DNA of 63,794 nucleotides, filler included, from Lenisia limosa (GCA_001655205.1; 16 parts of 16 records of this genome joined end to end with filler, not necessarily neighbours in it); one strand, 5' to 3'; shown: positions 24,016 to 38,305, counted from the whole stretch's first letter. The notes: generated from the letters alone by a model not told the origin. Made by a program: numbers and translations.

Positions 24016-25132
24016 GTCATTACTAACTGTCAAATGTTTTATTGATCTGAACCCTATTAATTGTTATTTTGGACTCCCTGTGTATTTATTTGTTTCCCTG
24101 ATCTTCTTTTAATATATACATATCAGACACAATTGACTAAAGATAAAGCTCAATACCCGTATCAGGACTTATCGGTAATACATTGATTATTGTTGCACAA
24201 AAATAAAGAATTAACTTCCAAGGGATGTACACGAGCAATTGGCTTCTCAAACTCTGAACAAGAGAATCGGAACCAAAAAGGGCTCTCTCATTAAGGCGCG
24301 GAACCTCTAGTGCTACTGATGTAACTAATGTGTAATGTTAATGGCTATTTCAATGGACTTTACTGTCCCCCTGAGCTTTTGAATGATTGGGCAATACCCC
24401 CCCCCCCCTTCTGAATAATNNNNNNNNNNNNNNNNNNNNNNNNNNNNNNNNNNNNNNNNNNNNNNNNNNNNNNNNNNNNNNNNNNNNNNNNNNNNNNNNN
24501 NNNNNNNNNNNNNNNNNNNNNNNNNNNNNNNNNNNNNNNNNNNNNNNNNNNNNNNNNNNNNNNNNNNNNNNNNNNNNNNNNNNNNNNNNNNNNNNNNNNN
24601 NNNNNNNNNNNNNNNNNNNNNNNNNNNNNNNNNNNNNNNNNNNNNNNNNNNNNNNNNNNNNNNNNNNNNNNNNNNNNNNNNNNNNNNNNNNNNNNNNNNN
24701 NNNNGGCCTCAAAAAAATACAATCATGTACGGCTTGAAGATCTTCCAAAGGTACAAAAGCCTCTAAATATTCGAAAAAAATTAAAATATTTTTTCCTTAT
24801 TCTTTGAAGTATCAATTAGTAATACTACAAAACCAATTGAAACTTTTGTGCAGTTGCTTTCCTCCAAATCCTTTTTGACATATTATCTCAAACAATTGAT
24901 CACTGACCTCAAATCTCATCCGCTCCACTATAAATGTGCCAAACAAATAGAGTCAANNNNNNNNNNNNNNNNNNNNNNNNNNNNNNNNNNNNNNNNNNNN
25001 TTAATTAATTAANNNNNNNNNNNNNNNNNNNNNNNNNNNNNNNNNNNNNNNNNNNNGGGGCATGCGTGTGAGATAGAGGTGTGGGTGAAAGGAGAAGTTT
25101 CGAAATGAAACAGGCACCCCCACCTCCACAAC

Positions 25133-28100
25133 TTCCTGAAGAGTGCTGGAAAGGTCAATAAGAGTATCGTGTAACTTCAGATCCTGTGCCTCTTCAAGCT
25201 GCGTACGGACAAGAACATCCTGAAAAGGAAAATGACTGGAAAGCTATGGTACAACATTAAAAGCAACAACCAACATCTTCAATAAAACAGCTAAAAGAAA
25301 CTGCAGAAAGATCAAAATAACAAAATTCTAAATATTGAGAGAAGGTTGTATAACAGCACCACTAACCCACCAAAGAGTTCATAAACCAGATTCACCCAAC
25401 CCACGCTGGAGAGTTTGATGAAGATCCGATGTGCCTGGGGGGAGTCCGGGGCGCCCCAATGGCTGAATGCGGCTGCGGCCTCAGCAAGTTTGTTACGGGC
25501 AACAAGGTGGTCGGCATAACGTACCTGAGGGGGGGGGGGGGGNNNNNNNNNNNNNNNNNNNNNNNNNNNNNNNNNNNNNNNNNNNNNNNNNNNNNNNNNN
25601 NNNNNNNNNNNNNNNNNNNNNNNNNNNNNNNNNNNNNNNNNNNNNNNNNNNNNNNNNNNNNNNNNNNNNNNTGACTGAAAGCGTACATCACACAACGCCT
25701 CCATACCACATATTCGCGCACTGCAGCGTCACCTGATGATTCAGCCGCCGCCATAGCCTTCTGCCACTGTTTGGTCAGAATGGGGATGGGGGGTAAAACT
25801 GGACATTATATGAAACAAAACAATCCCTAAATGGTTAGCATTGAGGAAACTGTAGCAGAGAATGTTGTGAACAAAGGCAAATTGCTTGACGAAACATGTC
25901 AACTGTTTAGCTGATTTTACCACCCATAGAAGCTCTTCGGATTCATTCCCACGAATATGATTTTTATAATTCCCTCACCCCCCTCCCACATCTCCCTTTT
26001 GTGCATAAAGTGCAGCAGCCGCAGAAACATTGCCCTGAACAAAATAAAACTTAGAGGAAATGAAGAGAAAACAAATCTTAGAACAATCCGAATATTAATA
26101 ATTCCAAAAAAAAAGCATCCGCTGTTGAAAAAAAAAAAAAAGTGAAAAAAATGCAGAATCATCCTATACTAGTATATGATAATATTCCGAGAGAGAAACA
26201 TTCTAAGTGACATATAATCAAGCTAGAGTCCAAGATAGTCTAAAATAGTATTACTCAGGCACCAACTTCGTGGAGTAGATCGTCAGCCTGGCCTTGGGAG
26301 ACTAAGTAGGATTGGTACGCCTATGGAGAGGGGGGGTAAATTGGAAAATTTTGGAACCAAAAAAAAGGCCTAATCAACTCTGTTGGCTGACAACACACAC
26401 GGATTGATAACAACAAAACAAACAAAGCTCAGGCCAGTCGCTTCTGCAGCACCACATCCCATCANNNNNNNNNNNNNNNNNNNNNNNNNNNNNNNNNNNN
26501 NNNNNNNNNNNNNNNNNNNNNNNNNNCCAGCGTACGTTAATCGGGTAAAAAAAAAATCCATATTGGCGGGGGTGTTTCGATTGATTCATGTAAACAGGAT
26601 CGAATTAACCAAAAAAACATTTGAATAATAGAAGATCTCAATGCTGTATACCACCCTCCCACCTTGTCAATCTTCTCAATGAGGTCAGACTTCTTGCTCT
26701 TCCTTCCAAGCTTCCTCGCTTTGTCCCACATGTTGCCCTCAATGTATACTCCAACAGCATCCTCCAGCCAGTCAATGGACAAATAGAGGTCCGCTGCTGC
26801 TTCCATTCTCTTGAGCTGCGGAAGGGTCAGATAAGGAGAAAGGGTCAACCCAAAAGCCACGTCAAAAAAAATCCGATTTTGATCCCAACTCGTTTTTTAT
26901 ACCCCCCNNNNNNNNNNNNNNNNNNNNNNNNNNNNNNNNNNNNNNNNNNNNNNNNNNNNNNNNNNNNNNNNNNNNNNNNNNNNNNNNNNNNNNNNNNNNN
27001 NNNNNNNNNNNNAACAAAGAGGCAATTATCTCGAGAATATTTTGAGGAATTTTAGTATTCCCGGGAAGTCCAACATTGATGATAACAAACCAGATCCCCC
27101 ACCTTGGAAGCCATATGGTTCATTGCGAGGCGAACACCATTCTCCCACATCTGAAGGGTGTAACGAGAAAAGTATATTGCTCTCAAATCAGTTTATTAGT
27201 ATCAAAGAAAATTGCTGGAAATATTGTCCTGTCAAAGCTGTTGAGAAAAAAAAGATCACCCATATAATTAACCAAGTAAAACAAAGGAAGTATCTGCCTT
27301 TGACCACTTACCCTCTCAAGGAAGTCAGCATCGTTAATCTGTCCCTGGAAAGGTCAATTATTCGAAGGCAGAAATGAAAAGCAAAAAAAAGGAAGGTTTC
27401 AGCACAAAGACATACGCACCATTCTGTTTAAAAGTGTATATTGATAATATAATGATGATTGATTCACCATATCTTGGTTTCTTTTTGCTATTCAACATAT
27501 CGATATAGTTTGTTGAGTCATAAACTGCATTGAGGGATTTCTTAAACAATACATCATACCCCCACAAACCATATCTGCGGAAAGATAGACGTCCACAGCC
27601 TTAGCCCATTCGCCTTGGTTCTCCCACATTCTACACAAATGAGTTTGAAAATAGATTACTGACTTGTTTCGTTTTGAAAATAGTTGCCCCCCCAAAGAAC
27701 TTCAACAAGTCATTGTATTATATAAACTTCACACCAATCCTAGAAAGAGGCTGAATTTCTCTGGAAAATCTGCCATTAATCTATTTCGGACCGTTGGAAG
27801 TACTGTATGTTCCCCCCATTTGAATTAACCAACAACCCACGTTGCCTGGTCCAATAGAACGTCTTTGCTATTTCCGGACTTCTTGGAGGCCTTCTCGTAC
27901 TCGCTATGAATCTTCTGGACAAGATGGCCGGCATGCGACTTGGCCAAATTGAGCGCTTCTGTCCACATGCTCTTCTCCTTGTAGATCTGTAATTGTGTGA
28001 GCCAGTTTCAGATCATACTACTTGTGGCAATACGTCAAATGAAGAAGGCTGAAAAACGCAGAACCAGATCTCACCGTAATGAGCTTTTCGGGTTGTTTTG

Positions 28101-29197
28101 CTTGGATATAGAGCGACTCAGCGTGTTCATAAGCGCCGTTCTCAATATCGACAGTAGCCTCGGCAACCAGGATGTTGGGCAAAAGTGAGGGGTCATGGTT
28201 TTCTGCAACGTTCCTTGCAGCAGCCCAATCCTAGACGGTCAGCCTTGGACAAAGAATGAGCTGTGAATAATTTACAGCATTTTTTTGATCAATTCCTTCG
28301 GTAAAGTACATACTGGCTTTAAAGTGGTCCATGTACAACTTTAATATTGAATCCTCAAAAAAAAACAAGGATTTTAGATAAAATACAAAAGACATCCATC
28401 CCCCCAACCCTCTGGTGGATCCACATATCGACGGCCTCGTTTGCTTTGGATGCGGCAATAAAGTCAGCTTCAGCCTCCATGAACTGCCCCTCGTCTTCCA
28501 GGGACATAGCTCGCTAGGGGGAGGGGGGGAGATAATTTATGAAACAAAAAAATCCCAAATCAACTCTGTTGGCTGACAACACACAAGGGTTGATAACAAC
28601 AAAACAGCACCGCATCCCATCACTCCAGCGGTAAGAGATAATGATATAAGCGCATGAATGGTCCAATACCAATTAAAATGTTCATCTTAATTTAGGTTGT
28701 TACATTTCATACGTATATTGAAAGAGAACAAGAAGGTTAATACCACTGCCTAGACCATTCCTTTGTAATATCAAAAAACCAAGATGTCCATTTAGAAAAC
28801 GACAAGACCGTTCACTCGGGGCTTACCTTTAGTGACACGTCTGCAACCTTATGTGGGAGACCTTGACGGGCCAAANNNNNNNNNNNNNNNNNNNNNNNNN
28901 NNNNNNNNNNNNNNNNNNNNNNNNNNNNNNNNNNNNNNNNNNNNNNNNNNNNNNNNNNNNNNNNNNNNNNNNNNNNNNNNNNNNNNNNNNNNNNNNNNNN
29001 NNNNNNNNNNNNNNNNNNNNNNNNNNNNNNNAAAACAAAGTGTTTTGACGGGAAATTTGTCAAATTGAGAATAACCTGATAAAAACGGTACCAAAAGATC
29101 GCAACCACTCACCTGTTCACAGGCGTACATGATGGCGTCTTCAACCATGTTGAACTTGGCGAGGAGACCGAGTGGCTGGGGGTCGGCAATAGCGTAG
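25133..29197 (-). CDS. IFT172: Intraflagellar transport protein 172, internal TPR-region exons
   Basis: About 13 exons: [116 protein letters not shown]. These are collinear with IFT172 as I recall it. Confidence 0.92.
26323..26465 (-). repeat. Family B module in IFT172 intron 26321-26662
   Basis: Near-consensus copy, sense to the host, ending at acceptor ccatag. Confidence 0.9.
28516..28630 (-). repeat. Family B module in IFT172 intron 28514-28826
   Basis: Sense to the host, ending at acceptor ccccctag. Confidence 0.9.
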
Positions 29198-29297
29198 NNN
29201 NNNNNNNNNNNNNNNNNNNNNNNNNNNNNNNNNNNNNNNNNTTAATTAATTAANNNNNNNNNNNNNNNNNNNNNNNNNNNNNNNNNNNNNNNNNNNN

Positions 29298-29433
29298 GAC
29301 CATATCCGAAAACAACGCCTACGGCCGCGTAATTGTCACCGCCGATTTCAACGGTGCCATCCGAGTGTTTAGAAACGTGCCGCCGGGGCACGGTCTGAAG
29401 GAAGGCCCGGCTTTTCGGGTTGACGATGTCTAG
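29298..29433 (+). CDS. WDR44: Last exon of a WD40 protein, WDR44-like
   Basis: GRVIVTADFNGAIRVFRN then stop; resembles the WDR44 C-terminus VLLSADFTGAIKVF. Confidence 0.6.
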
Positions 29434-30261
29434 TTGGAGCCCCAGGAAGATATTATTAGTTTGCTGGCTGGCATCTGGTGTTGTAATTCTTGTACTTTTT
29501 TTTTAGTTTCAATACACCTTTTTTTGGTTGATCCCCAAAAATAGAGAAGCTTGCTTGATTGATTGCAATTCTCTCCAGGTTTCAATACTCCATCCTTCCA
29601 ATGATTCGAGAGTGAGAGATGCTTTTAGCTTCCATTGCTCCCCGTGGTTGCCAAACTGTCAGTTACAGGCTGATCAAAACCAACAAACCAACATATTTTA
29701 ATATGTCCCTGTAGTTAGGTGATTATAATTAATTGCGGTGGAACCTCATAATTGAAATCACAAGAAAAGATGCATATACTACTAAGAAACAACAGCAACT
29801 AGATAAATAGAACAACAGTAGACCGACCTCCCCTAGAGCCCAAAGTTCATCTCTTCCAACACCTCGTTGGATTGGTCAAGAATTTCCTTCTAAAAGAGGT
29901 CAGAAAAGGGTTCTGAGAGTATAAGATGTTGAAGTGAGCAAGAAAGAAAGGGAGTTGGCCGTTCACACGAAAAGAGGAACAGGATTTACACAATAACATT
30001 TATCATTTCATTGAGAGCAACAATCTCACATCCATCTTCACTCACCATTCGACTCTTCCACGTTTCTCTGCCTGAAGCATCCTCCACTCGGGCAGCTGTA
30101 AATGTCAAAGACCGTTCGTTTTCTACATAGGAACGTTTATATCAAAATTAGGACCAAATCAGCATGTTAACAAGAATGGTTTTGGGTGTGAAAGCAGTTT
30201 CATAGAATCCCCCACCCCCATAATCTTTGTTTTTTCTACTCATGGAAAAATGATCTCCCAC

Positions 30262-30732
30262 CCTTAAGATGACGCGAATTGGTGTTGCGGAGCTTAATTT
30301 TGGAGAAGTCGATTTTCTCTCTGAAGGGGTCTCCAACGACCTTTCGGACCCATTTGCCTCCTCGTTTCCTGCACATATCTGGGGGGATTAGCCATGACGG
30401 TACAGCGAGAAACGGCATTAGTATAATAGAGGGTTGTAAGGTTACTTGGAAAACGTCCATTATCCATCCCAGTCATACCATCAAGTTCATCTTGAAGATC
30501 ATCAGCAAACTCCTGGAGCTTCTTGTTTTCCGACTCTCTAAGGAGGAAATCAGTAATGACGTTGCAATCATTGAATGGGTATTTTAAACAAACAACTGTT
30601 CAGATTGTTATTAAAACAAGTCCCCACAGTTTATCCCTGGCTTCAGTAGCAGCACAAGCCTCCCTCGATGCCTCAATAGAGATCTCTCTGAGTTTGGCTA
30701 CAGAAGCCTCAAGACCGTCCACTCGCTCCACT
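30262..30732 (-). CDS. Exons of a coiled-coil protein of unknown function
   Basis: VERVDGLEASVAKLREISIEASRE and ESENKKLQEFADDLQDELD in GT-AG bounded GC-richer blocks. Confidence 0.5.
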
Positions 30733-31609
30733 NNNNNNNNNNNNNNNNNNNNNNNNNNNNNNNNNNNNNNNNNNNNTTAATTAATTAANNNNNNNNNNNN
30801 NNNNNNNNNNNNNNNNNNNNNNNNNNNNNNNNCCAATAGTATCAGGGCTTATCACGGATATTCAGCTTTCTCTTTAGTCAATCATGTCAGGAATTATCGC
30901 GGTAGCAGCACAGTAGTATTTTATTCTATCAACATCAACAAGTTCAAACGCAATTCCGAAAGAACCCGAAGTCCTACCGATGCTGTGGATTTTGTAGTGG
31001 CTTCCAGAAATAGTAACTAAAATGTCAGTTATAACAAGTCTCCAATCTAATTCACTACGTAATCTCCGATCCCCAAATCCATGAATATCAAAAGTTGTCA
31101 AAAATCTGTACCCCGAATCCTTAAGAAAATCCTAACACTCTGCGGTTTCATTTTGGTTTAGCCACCTGCCTTAAAACAGCCATAATTGTATAATTGTGAA
31201 GTGAAATTATTCGAACGCAGATGGGTAATTTGTTCTTATAATATTAAATATAACCACCTAAATAATATATCATATGATACCAAAGACATAGCATTAAAAA
31301 TGTGAGATAGCAATGTGAAATAAAAAAACAAGGTTTTATCTGGCCGAAGCCGTCCACCATCACGCTTATAAGAGATAATTACCAACCATATCTAGACATA
31401 CAATCACATGCTATCAAAGATATTGCAATGAATACGATGTTATATAATACAAATATCCAAATGTACATAATATAATTATCCTAAAGCCCCCCCCCNNNNN
31501 NNNNNNNNNNNNNNNNNNNNNNNNNNNNNNNNNNNNNNNNNNNNNNNNNNNNNNNNNNNNNNNNNNNNNNNNNNNNNNNNNNNNNNNNNNNNNNNNNNNN
31601 NNNNNNGGC

Positions 31610-33660
31610 CTGTCCTTCAACCTGTGGGGTCAAATAAAGTCCCTCAATGTATAATAAATACCGAGCTGTTCTAATCAAAACAGAATATCCACTTACAGGC
31701 AAATGTGGTTCTTCAATCTAATAAAGCCATATCATATCAAATACTATGAAATGCTTGTCTATGGCCAAATATGAAGCTAATAGCTTCAATCTACATACGC
31801 AAAAAGGTAGCGACCCCCCATCAATTAGTTCGAGCTATTGTTATTCAATTATATGATATTTTTTATCGTCAAAAATCAAACTTTTGTCCTTCAATTTTAT
31901 ATAATATGATGCACGGTCAAATATTGAGATNNNNNNNNNNNNNNNNNNNNNNNNNNNNNNNNNNNNNNNNNNNNNNNNNNNNNNNNNNNNNNNNNNNNNN
32001 NNNNNNNNNNNNNNNNNNNNNNNNNNNNNNNNNNNNNNNNNNNNGGTCACCTGCCTCCAATTCGACAACATTAAGAAACTCAGCAGGGGATAGCATACTA
32101 AACAGCAGTCAAACGACTATGCAGCAATGGGAAACAAAAAATAAGGATGTATCTGGCTGAAGCCGTCCACACCATCACGCTGTATAATAACAATTCTCCC
32201 AATCATTTGCCTTACAACTCTGTGCCACACTGCTTTCTGCGTGCCTCCCCAGCATAACATAATATGCAGAACTATTAACCCATATCCACTCGTGAAATGA
32301 TCACGATCTTATGACATGTGTTCGAGAATATCAAAAAAAGTGAGTATTAGAAAGTGCAGTTAGAATTTTAATAAAACTTCATGGTAAAAAGAGATCGTTT
32401 TTTCGTGTGCCGTCGGCATTTTTAATTTTTTTATATTGAACTGAACTTGTTTCACCCAGTTTTTTACAGAATCATAAAACGGGGTATAACAGCTACAAAA
32501 TGCCGTTTTTGACATTAAACTGGTTTAAGTTGCTTCGAAAACCAAAAGAAATCTTTGGTCCACGACTTATCCGTTTGACTGTATTTCTTGCCCCAAGGCT
32601 CCTACCCGGTCGTGATGGTTGTCAGAGCAATTGCGCGTGATTTCTCAACACCATCAACCATAAGGCGGAATTCAGCATCACACTGCATGGATGAGAACTT
32701 CAATGGAGAATGTATGTACTTGGTTGGCTGTAAGTAAGGCTTTCCTACGGTTCCCAAAAAAAAAGACATAATAACTCGATATATACTCGATAAATACCGA
32801 TATAATTCCCGTCTTTTTCAGACAGAAGCCATAGTTGGAAGACTGGGTGATTTTATTAGAAGCAAATATTATCGAAACTAACCATTCCGGTGGGCTGCGT
32901 CGCCACAATCAGGACCATTGACTTGAACTCCAGCGTAAAGTCAAGGCGAAGTCCCACCATCTCAGTGAATCCACTGTTATCTGAAATTAATTAGTGGGTG
33001 GTAGATGGTGTCTAAGATCCCCTACTTTAAACTATTCATAAATAATATCACACTATTAAAATAGCAAGTCGTAGATATTACATAACATCAGTCCGTTTAT
33101 GGTATCCCAATGTATTTGTTTCCATAGATTTCCAATGTATATTATTTCTCTTGTTCAAATAAAGTCCACCCCTCCTACTAATAGGGCTGGCGGCAGACGA
33201 CGATGTGAAAAACGTTTTCGGTACCTTGGAGGAAATAAAACGAATGAAATTTTGATGAAGATGAAGCAAAAATAACCCAGAATCGACTCTAATGGCTTCA
33301 CAGTTGAGAAACATACGAAGTTAATAACAAAAATGAACAAAGCACTGGTACCATATAGCACATAGACAATAAATCAAGGTTGTACCTGGCCTGGCCGAAG
33401 CGCCTTATAACTCTGCACACACAACTTTCTGTGTGCCTTACCAGTAAAAAAAACAAGGAAAAATCATGAATAAGGACAAAAGCCCCTGCACAATAACCCA
33501 CTTTCTTTTTTTAATAAGGACAAAAGCCCCTGCACAATAACCCTGCTAATTTATTTGATACCCTATCCCTTTACACACTGTATATTCATTCATAACAATG
33601 TCGAGTATCGCTTCAACGTTTCGTCCACCTAGGGTCATTGCTCCTGGGAAAATGAGACAA
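31610..33660 (-). CDS. Multi-exon protein of unknown function (beta-rich)
   Basis: Spliced DNSGFTEMVGLRLDFTLEFKSMVLIVATQPTGM|PTKYIHSPLKFSSMQCDAEFRLMVDGVEKSRAIALTTITTG; boundaries of the other exons are uncertain. Confidence 0.45.
32120..32250 (-). repeat. Family C copy ending at an acceptor
   Basis: Reverse-strand copy; tail ttttttgtttcccattgctgcatag runs into a putative exon. Confidence 0.85.
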
Positions 33661-34491
33661 TTGGGAGAAGAATAAAGGTATCATATATACTAGTAATATG
33701 AAAAGGGTATCATAGCATACTATCATATTAATATATAATTCTAATCCTACCATATGCTTATTATAGTAATAACCTCATAATAAAGGGTTTATTCGGTACA
33801 GAAGCAAGCAATCTACAAGTATGATATCACTGCCCCCCCCCCTCTTTCACACCATTAACAGTGAGGCCATTTTGGACTTCGATTTGTTTGGCTACTTCGG
33901 TACCGTCGGACCGTGTTCTGAGTGGTTGGGAAAAAAAAAANNNNNNNNNNNNNNNNNNNNNNNNNNNNNNNNNNNNNNNNNNNNNNNNNNNNNNNNNNNN
34001 NNNNNNNNNNNCACCCCCACCAAACAAACATGAATCCTTGGACAGCACAAAAGGCCAAAAGAAGGGTGAAGAGTGCAGATCGAAGAAGGTGATTCATTTT
34101 CAGCTCGATAAACTTCAAACTCTCTAATATGACGTTGTGCGAACGTTTGTCTTTGTATTGCCAAGCGGGGGATTGCCTCCCTGCTTGTTTTGTTAAGCAA
34201 AATCGTAATATGCTCTTACTGCTTACAGGTTGCGAGTTATTTGCGGATAAAAGGGGGACGTTATAGATACCCCAGAAGTACTAAATCGAAAAAGTGGGGA
34301 TTCAACAATTGACATAACAATCAATAATATACGTTGTGTATTTAACAACTATATAGGACACTGGCACAACGTATATCTCCTTTGTTGTTTAAGTGGTTTT
34401 TCTTTGACACGGTTTTGGACCCAATTGAGACAGTTTATAGACAATATTTCCATAGTATGACCACCTAAGCCTGGAAAGGGACCACATAATA

Positions 34492-37436
34492 ATGTCATTT
34501 CAAACAGAGGAGCCTCTTGAGGACAACTCAATCATCAACCCTCCCATTTCAGGTATGCAATCGTTGATCATATGATGGATTTCTGATTGAACTGACGAAT
34601 TAGATGCATGGCCGAAAGAGGGCGACTCAGTTGAGGTCGTAGAAGACGCACCACCCCCTGCGCCCCCTTCTCCTTCCCCCCAACAGCCTCAGAATAATGA
34701 AGAGTCAGATCAAGAGCAGGAGCCGGTGAGGGGTGCTGTGTCTATCTTTTGGTTTTCGCTTTCAATTATCTTTGATCATGGCTTTCATGACTGTTTTACA
34801 TTTCCAAGTGCCATCGGCTTCCTACCAAGCTCTTTTAATTTTATTAATTAAACGGGCTATTTCGGCGTTTTTGTGGCAGTGTTTAACATTTATGGCAACG
34901 TTAAACGTTCATGGGGGCGTTAATGGCTGTAGGCCTCTCTTCCCCGTGCTCAGAACGATGCTGCTTTCGGAGGCAGTGTGATCTATGAGGTCTGCGCTGT
35001 GGAGTTTGGGAATATACAGTGACCGAGATAAGTCTTGACCGATTTTCCTTGGGATTTCACAGTGAACTGGACAAGATTTAGTACAGTCACTGCACGTATT
35101 CAGTCAATGAGAGAAGCTAGTCCTAAGTTCTACATACAGTGGCCACGATAATTGATTAAAGCTCAATATCTGTATTAGGACTAACGGCAGTAAGTGTATA
35201 CATACATATTACATATCAGACCTTTCATAAATGAACATTTTCCTTGATAAAATAAGTTGAGTATATCGATATACTGTATTTATCATCTAATGTTAATTTA
35301 TTTCATTTTTGAGGATCATCTTCAGAATTTACTCGGATATTGAGCTTTATCTTTTGTCAATCATGGCAGGGCTTATCGCGTTACTGAATGTAGAGTTTAG
35401 TACTAGTTAATACGTACGGTGACTATGCTAAGTCTTGGCCAGTTCCCTATATCGATATGTAGAATTCCAAGGATATTCGGCCAAGCCTTACCATTGTCAG
35501 TTTGTAACATCTACAACTTCATTAAATCACAATTTTTCAAGGCTTTTGGATATCGAAGCCCGTAGTATTAAATGGCTTAGTTATGAACGAGATAATTGCG
35601 TTGTTACATACATAGGTGTTTATGTAATGTAAATTATTGGGTGAATTAACATTATTCTGTATTACATCTGTAAGTAGTGATGGTGTAGACGGCTTCGACC
35701 AGATACATTTCTCATCTCATGTAATATGTGTATCTATAAATACCTAGGTAGTATCTATAATACCAAGGATGTAGTATGTATATAGGTATTATACATGTAT
35801 TATACATGTACATGTATGTACATATATTGCTTACCCGATACAGTTGTAATCATTTGTAAACATGTATAAGTATTATGTACATACATGGTTACAACCACCT
35901 CATGTATAGCAAGTGTGTGCATGTGTATAACCACCTCATGTTACAGAGGAAACCCATGGAGCCCGCATCTGATAATTCTCGCCCCCCCTCTGCTCGGCCA
36001 GAATCCGCAAGATCATCCAGATCGGCAAAGGCAGTCACCCCAGAACGTTGGGTGGGGTCTTTATGATCGCTCGATGGTTTTAATGTTGCATACATATGAT
36101 ATCTAGCTTCATATACATGTACATACATGTACATAATATATATATACTATATCCTATATATTACATAGATCGACATAAACTACTGCAGTCAGGTAAGAAA
36201 AAGATTGATAAACTCTCAAAATATATCGAGGATTAATCAACTTGTTAGAGATAATACATATGATGTCATACAGTTACCGGGATAAGTCTTGACCGATTTG
36301 CTACACGGTCACAAATAACTGACACCAGCGTCGCAAGTTTATGGTCAAAATTTATATTTCTTTCAATTGTGGTTGCAAAGTATATAAATAACAATAACCT
36401 CCATTCCAGCTGTCGAGCCGCCAATGCGCTCCGCCTTCGAGGAGTTAACAACTGACAAAGCCGCGCCGGCTGAGATTACAGACGAAGCCGAAGTGGTTGA
36501 CGAGGATACTGGATCGCGTGGCGGGTCAAGGTGAAAAGGGGGGAGGGCATTTGAATTTTTTATTATCTCATAAATATGGCCACTCATTTTTTTTTTCTAA
36601 TATTGGTTAACCTTGTTCCAAAGGCTTAGGTAATAGAATTGTATTTATATTACCAATTCACGAATGATTGAATCGGTGTTGCTGCAGAAGCGACTGGCCT
36701 GTGCTTTGTTTGTTTTGTTGTTATCAACGCTCGTGTTGTTATCCAGCAGAATTGATTTTGAGATTTATTTGTTTCAAAAAATTGTTCACCCCCTCCCTAT
36801 CTTAGTTTATCGTCCGTTTTCATGAGCGATTTTGGCTTTTTTTTATTTCATCCAATTTTACTCCCCCTCAGAGCCAGCGTTCGCACCGATAGTCGGTCCC
36901 AAAGCGGTGCCGACATAGTTTCCGACGAAGCTACCGACGCGCATGCCGACGATGACGTCACCGATCCCAATCGGCCCGAAAGCCCCCGGGACGTACCAAT
37001 GNNNNNNNNNNNNNNNNNNNNNNNNNNNNNNNNNNNNNNNNNNNNNNNNNNNNNNNNNNNNNNNNNNNNNNNNNNNNNNNACGTTCTGTTGCTTTCAACA
37101 TATTATTCTATTCTGTTGCTTCCAACATATTATTTTACATTTTTACTCCCCTTCAAAAGCGAGTTGCCTGGGCTTTTTTTAAAACGTATGTTTGTTTCAT
37201 GGAGAACTCAAATTTCCCTGCGATCCAAAAAGACAACATGTTGATAAATCTCGATAAATACGTATTTTACCGGGTCCTCTTTGAAAGCCCTCTCTCTAAC
37301 TTTTCCATTTTCAGCCCCGATGAGACCTCCCACCAAGTTGACGAGCATTCCGATGTTGAGGGTTTGGAAGCGGTCAACGTCGACAGTCATGCCACGCCAG
37401 ACCCCGTGGAACCGAAATACGACCCCGCTTTCCAAG
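34492..37436 (+). CDS. Acidic/Pro-Ser-rich, probably disordered protein
   Basis: Phase-consistent exons MSFQTEEPLEDN..., DAWPKEGDSVEVVEDAPPPAPP..., RKPMEPASDNSRPPSARPES..., VEPPMRSAFEELTT..., DETSHQVDEHSDVEG... Confidence 0.65.
35015..35094. mobile_element. Family D short Tc1/mariner-like TIR element
   Basis: TA-CAGTGACCGAGATAAGTCTTGACCGATT terminus. Related ends at 3235-3265, 4766-4794, 14897-14956 (both TIRs), 36270-36300 and 62055-62078. TA+CAGT is typical of Tc1-type termini. Confidence 0.7.
36668..36805 (+). repeat. Family B module
   Basis: Sense to the plus-strand host, near the intron 3' end. Confidence 0.85.
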
Positions 37437-38161
37437 GTACGTTTGTGAGTACGTAAAGCCATAAAATTCGGATATACTAGTTTACAATATTGACCCTTGG
37501 ATCATGATGATTAACTGTTAACACCCACCTTCTAAGGGACTTGTTTTAGAGAGAAATATTTCTGATAACCATCTGAAATTTGTTAAAGATTTGGAAATCT
37601 TCAAAATATTCACCTCGATGCTTATATTGTTTCCTGACATCCAGCCCAGTGTAATACATAGTTTTTCATGTTTCTTTTAAGGCTTTTAAGTCCAGGAACA
37701 TCTTGTTTCACAGTTGTAGTCAATGTGAAGGAAAGTTGCTATATCCCGAAGGACCTTGCTAAACTCAAAATCAGCGAGGTGAGTCGGAGTAGTCATCCAA
37801 ACCATATAGCTATACCTTTTGTTAGGGGGAGTAAGGGGTCCCTCAGAGGGGTGAGAAGGTATACATAAGGTATACGTACCACAGGGTGTGTGTGTGGGGG
37901 GGAGGNNNNNNNNNNNNNNNNNNNNNNNNNNNNNNNNNNNNNNNNNNNNTTAATTAATTAANNNNNNNNNNNNNNNNNNNNNNNNNNNNNNNNNNNNNNN
38001 NNNNNAAAAATGGAAAAGGAAACAACAAAGCCCAAAATACACTCTGAGAAATACGAGGGATAACATTATTCGCGAATTAGACATGTGTAAATATTGTTTC
38101 CCTAAATATGATATACTATATCAAACAAATGGATTTTGCTTGTATCCTCGGATTATATTTG

Positions 38162-38270
38162 TAGGGCTTCACTTCGGTTCGTTAGTTCGAAAAAGACAAG
38201 TAAAATATCGATAGGTGGTTTCGAGGATTTATCGAGAAATTCAGTCTTTTTCCGAACAAAGTGAAGCCAA
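38162..38270. mobile_element. Family A MITE
   Basis: Full copy ~35 nt downstream of the START-gene donor. Confidence 0.85.
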
Positions 38271-38305
38271 ATATATTTGTAATAAAAAAAAAAAGCCGTC
38301 CCCAC

